Source of the DNA: Octopus sinensis
Taxonomy: Eukaryota
Length of the DNA: 64,000 nucleotides
Assembly: GCF_006345805.1 (NCBI RefSeq)
Contig: NW_021831839.1
Coordinates: 56 to 64,055, forward strand
Reading direction: 5' to 3'
Shown: in pieces, positions 50,646 to 63,204 of the stretch
Numbering within the stretch: position 1 is the stretch's first letter
Layout of the letters: each line of letters begins with the position of its first letter
Notes under the pieces: model-generated
Database searches by the model: none
Told to the model about the DNA's origin: nothing
What the model saw: only the letters and a program-made list of their open reading frames with translations
Position numbers and translations under genes: made by a program

Positions 50646-51413
50646 TAATCAAAATAAGCAACAAAGATATCCAGAGATAATGCAGTATGATCATTTCATG
50701 CAACTCCATTTAATTGAACAATGCAATCATTACGTCAATTTTATATGTAGAGCAATCTTTAGCTATACAAAGACAGAATTTAATTAAATTAGAACAGATG
50801 GACACATTAGTATAATTTTACCTAAAATCTCCAAGAAGTTAAGGAGATAGACAAAGAACATCTTGTACCTACAACAGCATAGTCGTAACTAAATTTTTTT
50901 CAAGAAGACACTGCCTGTCATTGATTTTTTGTTTTGTTGTTTTTCATGGGTCAGTTTTAATTAATAGACTGGTTTATCTTATCCCTTGTATATTTAAGGC
51001 TGAGAGAAACAGAGGGTAGTATCTGTTTGGGGTAGGGTTGATGGAGTAAACAGACATTCTAGATGGTATAGACATAAAAATCAAGATTTATTAGAAGCAG
51101 TGTCATGAGATTTTGTAAGAAAAAACTTGAAACAAGATGTTAGCTGATAATTAAGGGGTCACCCACTAGCAGACCATTGATAATGAAACAGGGGAAGTCT
51201 TATAATGTAGTACTATAGTTGAATACTATAAAACAATGTTGCTATATTGTATACAGATAAAGTTATTCAAAAGATTATTAAGAAGAATATTGTAACAAAA
51301 GATAGAAATTTATGAATACTTTTGAGTATATATCAAACTTTTACCACAATAGAGAGGGGAAAAGAAACTATATTAGAAATAGTTTAATATTTATACATAT
51401 TGCATACTTAATA

Positions 51414-51937
51414 TAGATGTCTCCCCTATGTACATCATGTTCATGTCTTTACAAGCACCTTCTATGCATCTTCTGCTGTAAACTACATTTTGAGGTCTAC
51501 AGTTAATGCCAGGGTTTGAAAAGTCAGGGAACTCCGTCAGATCACAACTATGTAGGATATACCCCTTTGAGAATACCATATGCACCAATGATAACTGCAT
51601 GGTATGTAGGATTAGCTCTGGCATTAACTGTAGACCTCGAAATGTAGTTTACATCATAAGATGCACAGAAGGTGCTTGTAAAGACATGAACATGATGTAC
51701 ATAGGTGAGACATCTAGTAGCATTGCAGAACGACTAAATGAACATCTGAGACAATGTGATCACAAAAAACAGTCCTCCATACTCTACCAACATGCCAAAG
51801 ACCACCATGGAGGCAACTTGGGTCAACTTGACATCCGCATCTTATCTAAGCACCCAAAAGACCCAACACTCAGACAAATACGGGAGTACATCCTTATAAA
51901 GGAAACCTCCCCAATACTAAATAGGAAATATACATAG
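51414..51937 (+). mobile_element. Penelope-like GIY-YIG endonuclease 3' fragment with inverted 5' duplication
   Basis: ORF 51506-51937 NVVYIIRC...MYIGETSSSIAERLNEH...RQIREYILI...LNRK. 51414-51512 is the reverse complement of 51618-51716. Confidence 0.9.
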
Positions 51938-52059
51938 TAGATATCGTACCTCCATACCACAGTTTACACTGGAGATAATCAAACATGTTGGGAATGACTA
52001 ATTTAACATGATTTGGTTTAGAAGGAATAGAATGTTACAAGTGGTTAGGTTTTGCTTTA

Positions 52060-53700
52060 TATTTTTTTCAATGAGGTGAGTTTCCTTATTTAAATTGTTA
52101 GAAATGGTTAAGTTTTGGCTTATATTTTTCAATGAAGAAGGTTTCCTTATTTAATCTAACTTGTGTTGGTGTTCCAATGGTACATTGATAGAATGGAAAG
52201 ATTATAAATTGTGGAAGTAGTTGCTTTGCACATTACTCAATATGTTCACTAAAGGGTATCATTCTGTATTCTGGGAATGCAATCTGTTGTCGATGCAGAG
52301 TGCATCTGCATCTGAGCGATAATCCTGTGGACCCTATGTAGTTTTGGTGGCAGCCCAAGAATCTTATGGCATAAATCAGGTTTTCTGAAGCACAAGTAAA
52401 ATTTGATTTGATTTTGAATTTTTGTCCCTCCTTGAAGAGGAATTCTGATCCTTCTAGAAGGTTTGGGCATGTTGTGCAATGTGGTCTACCACATTTCTTC
52501 ACTTTTGCATCCGTTATTTTAGAAAATAATTTTGCCTTTGTGAGGATCTTTTTTAGTGATTTCGGTTGTTTGTAGCTTTTAATGAGTTTATGTATATGTA
52601 AAATTTTCTTTAATTTGGGATCCTTATGTAGCATTGGTAAATTTTGGGTGATGATGGTGAAGGCTTCTTTGTTTCTGGGGTTGTATGTGGATATGTACGG
52701 CAGTTTTTTCGGTGAAGGTGTGTTGCTGTGTTGAACTTTTCTTAAGGTTTCTCTGTCAATTGTGTTGCACGTCTGATTCCATCCTCTATGAGTTGAACTG
52801 GGTAGTGTCTGTCAATTAGGGTGTTTTTGAGTTCTTGCTATTTAAAGTTTCTGGTATTTTGTTCTGACACTATTGTGCATATCCTTCTTGCAAGGTTGAA
52901 TGGGATGTTTGTTTTGGTGTGTCTTGGGTGGCATGAATCAAAAAGTAGATATTGTTTGGCATCTGTGGTTTTGTAAAATATGTCCATTTCTGTTTTTAGG
53001 TTTATTTTTTTAATTAGTATATCTAAGAATGGAAGCTCCTTTTGGTTGTACTTCATTGTGAACTGTATGTTTGGGTTGATGCTGTTCAATAGGCTTTTGA
53101 AATTTAGGAGTTTATCTTTGTTTTCATTCCAGATTATGAAACAGTCGTCTAGGAAACTTTTTCAATTTTCTTTTATGTATTCGGAAAGGGGGTTTCCAAA
53201 GGTAGATAAAGATTCCTGGCATCTTATTACCTCCAGGTAGCTCATTGTTAGGTTTGCAATGACTGGTGCTGCCCTAGTACCCATAACAAATCTGGATTTT
53301 GAATGGTAAAATGCATTGACAATCATGACGTGGTTATTTTGTAGGATGAATTCAACCGATTTAGTTATGAATTTTTTACTGATCCTTTTTGGTATTTCTT
53401 CCGGAAATTGGTCCAGCCAGAACTGAATAGCCTCTATCCCATAATTATGAGGTATACTGGTATATAAATTAACTACATCAAATGAAACCATAATTGTTTC
53501 TTCTTCTTGACTTTTTTTGGAAGGTGATTTAACATATCCAAGTCACTTCTGGTATGGCTATTGATGTGTTTAAGGAGAATGACCATAAATAGACTTAGTC
53601 TGTGTGTTTCACAGGCTGGGCCAGCTACAATTTGTCGTAGTTTTAGGTCCCCTGGGTTTGGTGTATGTATGTACGTCTTTGGTGATTTTTAATGGTTTCA
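52060..53700 (-). mobile_element. Penelope-like (Neptune-type) RT plus GIY-YIG element, frameshifted
   Basis: LKLRQIVAGPAC, SFDVVNLYTSIP, MGTRAAPVIANL, LPFLDILI, SCHPRHTK, CGRPHCTTC and NLIYAI...YIGST. Confidence 0.92.
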
Positions 53701-54399
53701 TTTAGAAATTTGAAAAGAAAATATGAAACCGGTTATTTCTCCAAAAATTATGTTACTATACGCAAAATTTTATACATTTTTCTAACATAATGATTTAAAT
53801 ATATTCTTTAACCATATCACACCAGCCTTCTGTAGTTTTTTCACTCTTTTTTGTCTTTTATACATCCACCATGTGCTTTCACATACCATCTCTCTCACCT
53901 ATATATAATACACGTGAGACTGGTTTATTCAGTTAGAAAACAAAAACCTAATGATGATGTAATTAGCAACTAGCACATTTTGTTTCTTAATTTCTGTTTG
54001 TTTTAATATTAAATTCTTTATTTCACTGTTATTTTCAGCCACAACTCAATTATTTTTGTTTATGAATTCTCTGTATGTACTTTTGCTTTCTTGGTGATCA
54101 AAGCAAATCAAAGCAATCGATAACTTCATGCTGCAGCCGTTTTTCTTCCTATGTGATTTAAAGCATTTTTTGATATGTGGCTTTTCAAAATTAGAAATGA
54201 GTTCCAAACTGCTATTCAAGTTCACTGAAACTTATCTCCTGCCACTCAAAACAACAACTCAAATGGGATAAAGAGTACACGCATTACAACAACAACAGCA
54301 AGTGTATATTTGTGTGTGTGTGCACGTGTCTGTGTGTGTGTGAGTGTAGACTTACAATATATCCTATTGTTAAGAAAATTTTACACAATCATTCAATAA

Positions 54400-55980
54400 A
54401 ACTAAAATGGATAAAGAGTACACACTTTATCTGCCTAAACAGTGCAACGGGACCTGCTTCATAGGCAAGTCCCTGACGCCCCACTTTATTGAGGCCACCA
54501 TTGTTACGGGGAACGGGAGTGGGGAAATGTTTTCATTTCAAGATTGCACCATTATCCTACGGGGTCAGACATACCGTTTAACATCTGCAGATTGCTATGT
54601 TTATCAACAAATCCCAAAGCTGAACACTATCAGTGGCGTCATCCATTTAGGGGAGCCATGCTTTTCACATGGGCACTTTATGTGGCCTGCTCCCGTGTGG
54701 GGAGTAGAAACACTGCAGCTGATATGGTTATGAACAGGTGATACGGAAGCATTGGCCAGACATATTCTCAAACCATGGCAGCATGACTCATGGACTCTTC
54801 CTCTTCTTTATTGGACAATGCTGACTTCTGCAACAACAATGCTCACTCGGCTGATATCAGTACTTGGTCAAGTTGCTCATAGAGTTAGGCTAGAAGGGCC
54901 AGGCCCCTTATTTTTTTGTTAAGGCTGTTGGTGAGTTTTCCTAAGTTACTCCACTCCGGATCCCCAATGCAAACCTTCGAATCAACCTTCTCCAATGCAG
55001 ATCTCTAATGCAACCTTATCCAATCCAAATCTGTGAGTCAACCTTTTTCACTGCAGATCTCCAATGCAAACCTTCGATGCAACCTTCTCCAATGCAGATC
55101 TTCAATGCAGCCTTCTCTAATGTATATTTCAATACAGCCTTGACTGATAGTACCCCTAGGAGGAGTTAGGACTAGATTGGAATTAGTCGCTGCCTTTTAG
55201 AGGCTCCCAGTCCCCCTTTTACTAGATTAGCTTAGGCTTAGGTTAAGGCTTACTTGTGATCCAAACATAACCTCTTCTGACACAGAGGATTGGGAGCCCT
55301 TTTGGGCATTCTATTTTCCTTGCCGGATGGGCTCCCATCCCATGGCCTAGAGGGTGGCAGGTTAGATGATGGGGTTAGGGTTCGAAAGGGCAGGCATGAG
55401 CAACATGATCACCTCTGCCAGTCAAACTCCGAACCAGTGTGTTCCCATCGTGACAATGATTCTGCAGAACTGGATTGGGTATGAAAACCAACTTTAAAGT
55501 ATAAATATAGATTTTTTGAGTCAGCAATGTTGTGTTCAGTTAAGTCCTATTTGGGAAGAAAAACCAATAAACTGATTCCTTATGGGGTTTTCCATTCAAT
55601 CAGGATGAAAAATCAATAAACCAATTCCTTATAGAATTTCCCACTAAAATTGGCTACACCCTATGTTCAACCATAACTTTTACCAGTTTTGTTCGGACTT
55701 GATGCCGACATTACTTAGGATTAATGGGATCTTTGAATGCTTTAACTCCCCCCCACCAAAAAAAATTAAAACAATCAACGAGTGAAAAAATTGATAAAAT
55801 GATTCTTTATGGATTTCCCAATCAAATTGTCTGCAATCTATTTTCGGCCAAACGTTTACCAATTTCAACAGATTTCACTCAAATTTGACGTCTGTGTTAC
55901 TTAGTTTGGTTTGAAACAAAGCACTTGATTAGCTTAATAATCCTAACTTAATCCTGGACAGCGCTTGGGTATACTGCTAG
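54400..55980 (+). mobile_element. Helitron remnant with PIF1-helicase C-terminal fragment and intact 3' end
   Basis: CNGTCFIGKSLTPHFIEATIVTG, DIPFNICRL, EPCFSHG and LYVACSRVG at 54407-54741. CTAG at 55977-55980 followed by T. Confidence 0.85.
54960..55140. repeat. Degenerate minisatellite (CCAATGCA[A/G]...CCTT units) inside the Helitron
   Basis: Repeated CAATGCA and AACCTT motifs. Confidence 0.7.
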
Positions 55981-56069
55981 TATATATATATATATACTTC
56001 AATAGATATATATACTTCAATACATATATATTTGTATACACACACACACACACATACACATATATATAT

Positions 56070-59000
56070 GGGTAGTGGGTAGTGATTTTCTTCCCTACTT
56101 CAGGGAGTGATGACCCAGCCTGACACAAGTCCCAGGCGCAGCTGGCACCGGCTGACAGTAATTGGTATGGACCCCTATCCAGGGTTACAGAAAGGAGACA
56201 ACCTACAAAGAAATCCGGAGTGGAGCACCGAAGGTGGTTTAGTGTTCGACTTGACACTCTTCCGACAGCTCCTGCAACCAAGCTGGTGTCAAACGTAATG
56301 CTCTGCACTCCTTGGGCTATGTTAGCAAGGTCGAGAGAGGAATCCTGATGATTGGGCTACCCAGGATTTTCTTATTTCTAGCCCAGGCCTACGCAAAATT
56401 GGAGAGGACACTTCGGTACTGCTGTAAAAAGTGGCAGAAAAAAAACACGGGAGGTAGCAGTCACGAGTGATAAGTTCATTCAGATTGGTGTAAGATATGG
56501 GCGCTACGGGTTACCTCTGACGGTGGGAGGGAGTCCCGTGTTCCATTGGTTAGCTACTGCCCACCTCAAGCTGGGTAGTCCCCCAGTTAATAAGGTGCTG
56601 ACCCACCACAGGCTGCCTGCTTCATTGGGTGCTTGGAGCTAAGAGTTTGACTTGAAAAATGGCCTGCAACCTCTGCACCAGGCAAACAACTAAAAGACGA
56701 GAAACCACCAGTCCTGCAGTTAGCAAGCTGGAATGTCAGGACTATGTGCCCTGGCATATCTAATGACCTACTCAGGGTTGAAAACACATGAAAGGTGGCC
56801 ATCATTGACCGTGAGCTAAAGAGACTTAACATATACATTGCTGAACTGCAGGACACAAAGAACAGGGTTTCCCTTTCTTTTGGCAGGGAAGTGATCCAGA
56901 AGAACCTCGTCAGCATGCTGTTGGCTTTGCAATGAGAAACTCATTACTCTCCTCAATTGAACCACCATCAGGAGGCACTGAGCGTATCCCCTCACTGCGC
57001 TTCTCGACCTCTTCTGGCTCAGTACATTTACTGAGCATCTATGCTCCCACTCTCTACAGCTCAGAGGAGACCAAGAACCAGTTCTACAAAGATCTCAACT
57101 GTGTCATTAGAAATATACCAACCAATGAAAACATCTACCTTCTAGGAGATTTTAGTGCTTGCATGGGATCTGACCACGATTCGTGACCCATTTGTGTTGG
57201 ACACTTTGGTATTGGCAACGTGAATGACAATGGTCAGAGACTACTTGAATTTTGCACATACCATAACCTGTGCATCACCAACACATTCTTTGCCAACAAG
57301 ACATCCCACAAGGCATCTTGGAGACATCCAAGATTTCACCACTGGCATCAGTTGGATCTCATCATTACACGGAGATCCTTTCTGAATTCTGTTCAACTGA
57401 CCCGTAGTTACCACAGCGCAGATTGTGACATGAATCATTCACTAATAAGAAGCAGGGTGAGGATTCTGCCTAAAAATGTCCATCACTCCAAGAAAATGGG
57501 CTGACCATGCATTAAAACTGCCAGAACCTCAGACCCTACACTGTAAAAATGTTTTGCTGTTTCTATCAAGGTTGCCCTCAGTAGCCACCCAACCTCCTCT
57601 GCTGAAAGTAGGTGGAATTATATCAGGGAAGCTTTGTATACCACATCAATAGATACTTTCAGCATGAGAGAAAGGCAAAACCCAGATTGGTTCAGTGCTG
57701 GGCTCTCAGAGCTGGAACCAGTTATCAAAGCAAAGTGCACAGCTCTGATGCAATACAAGAGTGATTCTTCTACAAAGACACTCAAAGAACTCAGAAAGGC
57801 AAGAAATAAAACCCAACTGACTGCCAGATGCTGTGCAAATAGGTATTGGCAGGAAATGTGTCAGAGTATCCAGTCAGCTGCTGACAGTAGTGACACCCGT
57901 GGGATGTATGCTGATTTGAAGAAGGCCCTCAGTCCATCCGCAACCAAGCCAGCCCCTCTGAAATCAACTACTGGAGATCTCAAAAGGAACCAAAGCAAGC
58001 AAATGGATAGATGGGTGGAGTACTACCAGGATCTCTACCTAAGGGAGACCACAGTAGCTGAGGCTGCAATCGAGGATGTCAAGATCTTCCCAGTCATGTG
58101 TGAACTTGACAGTCTGTCATCTATTGCAGAGCTCACCAAGGCTATTGACTCCCTAGCCAGTAACAAGGCTCTGGGAAAAGATGGCATCCACTCATAGTTA
58201 TTCAAAGCTGACAAAAACACTGTCCTGCTTCGGCACCTTCATGAGCTTCTGTATCAGTGCTGGGAAGAGGGTACAGTCGCTCAGGATATGTGGGATGCTA
58301 ACATCATTATGCTTTACAAAAACAAAGGTGACCGTGGTGATTGTAAAAATTACCATGCAATATCTCTTCTAAGCACTGTTGGAAAGACCTTTACTAACGT
58401 TATCCTATTCAGGCTACAACTGCTTACTTCTCAAATTTATCCAGAATCACAGTGTGGCTTTAGAAGAAGCAGATCAACTATTGACATGATATTCTCCATA
58501 CGCCAACTTCAGGAGAAGTCCAGACAGCAGAAAATGCCATTATATATGGCCTTCATTGATCTGACAAAGGCCTTTGGCTTGGTGAGTAGAAAAAGCCTCT
58601 TCATTGTGCTCCAAAAAATCGGATGTCCACTAAAGCTGCTGAGAATCATAAAATCTTTCCATGATGATATGCAAGACACCATACAGCACAATGATTCAAC
58701 ATCAGCCGCCTTCCAAATAAAAAAAAAACGGGGTAAAGCATGGTTGTGTCCTTGCTCCTACATTATTTGTCATCTTCTTCTTGCTGCTGCTGTCACATGC
58801 CTTTGAGACATCAGATGATGGAATCTTTCTGTACAGTAGAAGTGATGGGAAACTGTTCACTCTCTCGCGTCTGTGTGCCAAGACCAAAATCAGAAGTGTC
58901 CTGATCAAGGAAATACTATTTGCTGATGATGCCGCTCTGGTATCACACACAGAAGAAGCCTTGCAAAGGCTTATCAACTGTTTTGAGCAAGCATGTAGTG

Positions 59001-60433
59001 ACATTGGCTTAGTTATCAGCCTCAAGAAGACCAACATCATGGGTCAGGCTACATCGGACATCCCAAACATATATATTGGAGACCACAGACTACAGGAGGT
59101 GGAGAATTTTACCTATCTTGGCTCTACCATCACCTACAACCTATCCCTTGATGCTGAGCTCAATATACACATTGGCAAGGCAGCTGCTTGATGGCTCAAC
59201 TCTCCAAATGGGCATGGGACAACAATAAGCTGACCAAGACCACAAAAATAAAGATTTACCAGGCATGTGTACTTAGCACTCTACTGTATGGAAGTGAGAC
59301 TTGGACGCCATACACACGCCCAGAGCATCGCCTAAATATCTTTCACCTGCGCTGCCTCCGGAAAATCCTTGGCATCAAATGGCAGAATCATGTCCCCAAC
59401 AAAGATGTCCTCAAGCAAGCAGGAATACCAAGCATGTTTACACTTGTAAGGGGAACTGGTTGCTTCTTTACACTTTTGGGGTGCAACTTGGGTGCAACAC
59501 AATTTCCTTTCTTTTTGTTTCTAGAAACTACCAGTCAGGAACGAAAAGCAAGTTGAAAAATATATATAATTCTTTATTTTCTGGTTTCAACAATGAAACA
59601 CGATGGTATGCTGGTATCCACCTAGTTCAACACAGCAAGGCTGAATTCAAACGTTTGTAAGCTTTACAACAATTCAGCAGCAGAAGAACAGGTTAAATCC
59701 TAAGCGTCTGGGACAGGAGAATAGGTTGATTACACATATGAAAATACGTCCTTTCTCTTCGATCGCCGTGCCTCAAGTCCCCGAACGCTATTAAGGAACG
59801 CTATGGAATTTATTCTTCAGTCTCTTGCGCATGTGCATGATGGAACTTCCTTATGCCTTTCCAGAAGGTTCTAGAATGTTCCAACCCCGCACACGCACAC
59901 TGAAGAATGACGTTGCGTGTGCGCACACTGGAACATGATGTCACTACACACTCCTCACATAAAGATGCACGAGATGGCTTGGACATGCTAGCCATATAGA
60001 AGATGGCAGAATCCCCAAGGACATACTTTACAGAGAGCTTGCTAGGGTCACTAGGTCTGTGGGAAGACCATTCTTATGATACAAGGATGTTTGCAAAAGG
60101 GACATGAAGACCTGCCACATCAATATTAGCAACTGGGAAGCAGTTGCCAGTAACCGTGGAGATTGGTGGCATACCGTTAAAGAGGGAACACAAAGGAGTG
60201 ACAGAGGGAGAGAGTAGAAATGGAAAGACAAGAAAAGACATCAACAAGAAACTATGACATTACAACCAGCCAGGCAAAGTCTTTGCTACCTTTGCGGCAC
60301 CTGCCAGAGGGAGTGTTTGTCCAGGATAGGATTACACAGCCACAGCAGGAGATGTATTAGGACATGAAATATAAAAGCTGGACTAGATTATTTTATGCGC
60401 AACTCCATTGTCTCCCGAGACAAAAAGGATGCC

Positions 60434-60447
<14 letters not shown>
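56070..60447 (+). mobile_element. RTE-BovB-like LINE copy B, near full length (5'UTR, APE, RT), interrupted by a solo LTR
   Basis: ASWNVRTM, IYAPT, LGDFSA, HQLDLI, DCDMNH and LFADDAAL. About 90% identical by eye to 35200-37608. Tail GATGCC(AAC)n. Confidence 0.92.
59445..59948 (-). mobile_element. Solo LTR (504 bp) with CACT target-site duplication
   Basis: TGTA...TACA termini with CACT at 59441-59444 and 59949-59952. The empty site is seen in RTE copy A (GCACTCCTCAC). AATAAA on minus at ~59573-59578. Confidence 0.9.
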
Positions 60448-60484
<37 letters not shown>

Positions 60485-60540
60485 TTCAAGACATATATAT
60501 TTGTATATATATACATATATATATTATACTTGAGTAGATA

Positions 60541-60598
<58 letters not shown>

Positions 60599-60604
<6 letters not shown>

Positions 60605-62720
60605 GATCAAGTAATGAAGGTTACGGAGAGGGTCATAGCCCAACTAATTAGAGAGAGAGTTAGTTTAGATGAGATGCAGTTTGGGTTCGTGCCAGGGAAA
60701 AGTACCACTGATGCTATATTCCTGGTAAGGCAGCTGCAGGAGAAATACCTAGCCAAAGATAAGCCCCTGTACCTGGCTTTTGTTGACATGGAGAAAGCTT
60801 TTGATAGGGTCCCCCGATCCCTTATCTGGTGGTCAATGAGGAAACTAGGGATAGATGAATGGCTGGTGAGGACTGTGCAAGCCATGTACAGAGATGCCGT
60901 AAGTAAAGTTAGGGTTGGCAACATGTACACAGAAGAATTCAAAGTAGAGGTTGGGGTCCACCAGGGTTCAGTACTCAGCCCCCTCCTATTTATCATAGTT
61001 CTCCAGGCAATTACGGAGGAATTCAAGACAGGTTGTCCCTGGGAGCTCCTCTACGCTGATGACCTTGCCCTTATTGCTGAGTCACTATCAGAGCTGGGGG
61101 AGAAGTTCCAGGTGTGGAAGGAAGGTTTAGAATCGAGGGGCCTTAGAGTCAACCTAGCTAAAACCAAAGTACTAATAAGTAGGAAGGTAGACAATCCACA
61201 AATGTCTTCAGGAGATGGCCCTGCTCGATCTGTAGAAAAGGTGTAGGTAGAAACTCTATAAGATGTACCCAGTGTAAGCTATGGACACATAAGAGGTGCA
61301 GCAATGTCAAAGGTAGGCTAACCGGGAAGATAGTTTTTGTATGTGGCAGATGCTCAGGAGCGTTAACCTCCGAAAATCTGCAGAAAATAACTTCCGTCAT
61401 TTTCCAGGGGAAAAACTAGAAGTAGTTGATAGCTTCCGTTATCTAGGTGACCAAGTCAGTAGTGGGGGTGGGTGTGCTGAAAGTGTAACTGCTAGAATAA
61501 GAATAGCCTGGGCAAAGTTTAGGGAGCTCTTACCTCTGCTGGTGACTAAAGGCCTCTCGCTCAGAGTAAAAGGCAGACTGTATGATGCGTGTGTACGAAC
61601 AGCCATGCTACATGGCAGTGAAACATGGGCCGTGACTGCCGAGGACATGCGTAAGCTCATGAGGAATGAAGCCAGTATGCTCCGATGGATGTGTAATGTC
61701 AGTGTACATACTAGACAGAGCGTTAGCACATTGAGAGAAATGTTGAACCTAAGAGGCATCAGTTGTGGTGTGCAAGAGAGACGATTGCGCTGGTATGGTC
61801 ATGTGGCGAGAATGGATGAAGATAGGTGTGTGAGAAAGTGCCAATCCTTAGCAGTTGAGGGAACCCGTGGAAGAGGTAGACCCAGGAAAACCTGGGATGA
61901 GGTGGTGAAGCACGACCTTCGAACTTTAGGCCTCACTGAGGAAATGACCAGCGACCGAGACCTTTGGAAATATTCTGTACGTGAGAAGACCAGGCAGGAC
62001 AAGTGAGCCCAGCCCACTTATGAATGCCTTTCCTCCCTTGGACACAAGACCTGTTGAGGCAAGCGAAGTCGATATAGAACCTCATCCGACGACAGGCACC
62101 CATGCCAACCCCCTTGCTTGCGAAGACATGTTGGGGCAAGCGAAATCGAAATCGAATTGAACCAGCCAGGATCCCTGGTCTGGTGGTACGTAAAAAGCAC
62201 TATCCGACTCGTGGCCTATGCCAGCGCCGCCTCCACTGGCTTCCGGGCCGGTGGCACGTAAAATACACCAATCTGACCGTAGACAGGCACCTATGCCAAC
62301 CCCCTTGCTTGCGAAGACATGTTGGGGCAAGCGAAATCGAAATCGAATTGAACCAGCCAGGATCCCTGGTCTGGTGGTACGTAAAAAGCACTATCCGACT
62401 CGTGGCGTAAAAAGCACTATCCGACTCGTGGCCGATGCCAGCTCCGCCTCGTCTGGCTTCCGTGCCGGTGGCACATAAAATACACCAATCCGACCGTGGG
62501 CGTTGCCAGCCTCGCCTGGCACCTGTGCAGGTGGCACGTAAAAAGCACCCACTACACTCACGGAGTGGTTGGCGTTAGGAAGGGCACCCAGCTGTAGAAA
62601 CACTGCCAGATAAGACTGGAGCCTGGTGCAGCCTTCTGGCTTCCCAGATCCCCGGTCGAACCGTCCAACCCATGCTAGCATGGACAACGGACGTTAAACG
62701 ATGATGATGATGATGATGAT
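60599..62720 (+). mobile_element. 5'-truncated RTE LINE (third family) in (TA)n, with long repetitive 3'UTR and (GAT)n tail
   Basis: ORFs 60599-61246 (VDMEKAFDRV, GVHQGSVLSP, LLYADD) and 61341-62006 (RRLRWYGHV). Confidence 0.93.
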
Positions 62721-62779
62721 GATATATATATATATAATATATATATATATATATGTATATATATGCATATATATATGTA

Positions 62780-63175
62780 TTGTGCCAAATTTTGGCATTG
62801 AAAGCTACACCAATGCCAGAACGGGATGACACTGCATAGTGCCAAAGATCCCAGCAATGCCATCACACTTCAGGACCAGTTACTGCAACAGCCTGTTTCA
62901 AGGGCCCACAGCTTTTTAATAATCTCCTAAAGAGTCTGAGGAACTTGCACAAAGCAGATGTAGGTGTTTTTAAATCAAAGCAGGACCTCTTCCTAGTGAG
63001 AGTTCCAGAAAAACCTACCTTATGGCAATAGGTGCAAATGAGGGTAGCTATATCAAACTCCATTCTTCACCAAGTGCCACATATTAGACGAAGTTCTTCG
63101 CAATAACAGTGTAGCACAAAACGGCGGTGCATCAGCATGGCTGCAGCTCTGAGCTGAAACTAAAGAGAAAAAAAT
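62780..63175 (+). mobile_element. CR1/Jockey-like LINE 3' fragment (same family as 40095-41662)
   Basis: TTCAAGGGCCCACAGCTTTTTAAT and the tail GGCGGTGCATCAGCATGGCTGCAGCTCTGAGCTGAAAC match the minus copy at 40118-40400. Confidence 0.8.
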
Positions 63176-63204
63176 ATATATATATACATATATATATATA
63201 TATG

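Noticed and set aside
51950-52000. Possible hammerhead after the PLE stop (CTGGAGA...AAACATGTT)
   Set aside because: The core is altered, GAAA is incomplete, and there is no stem I pairing.
56341-56370. CTGATGA in a hairpin of the RTE 5'UTR
   Set aside because: It is followed by GATT rather than GAAA, so it is a simple stem-loop.
56070-56460. HDV-like ribozyme expected at an RTE 5' end
   Set aside because: A P1-like pair (GGGAGTG/CACTCCT) exists, but no P3/L3/P1.1 arrangement could be built by eye. A covariance-model search is needed.
62093-62560. Repeat-spacer-like periodicity resembling a CRISPR array
   Set aside because: The intervening sequences are themselves homologous, the context is a eukaryotic LINE 3'UTR, and there are no cas genes.
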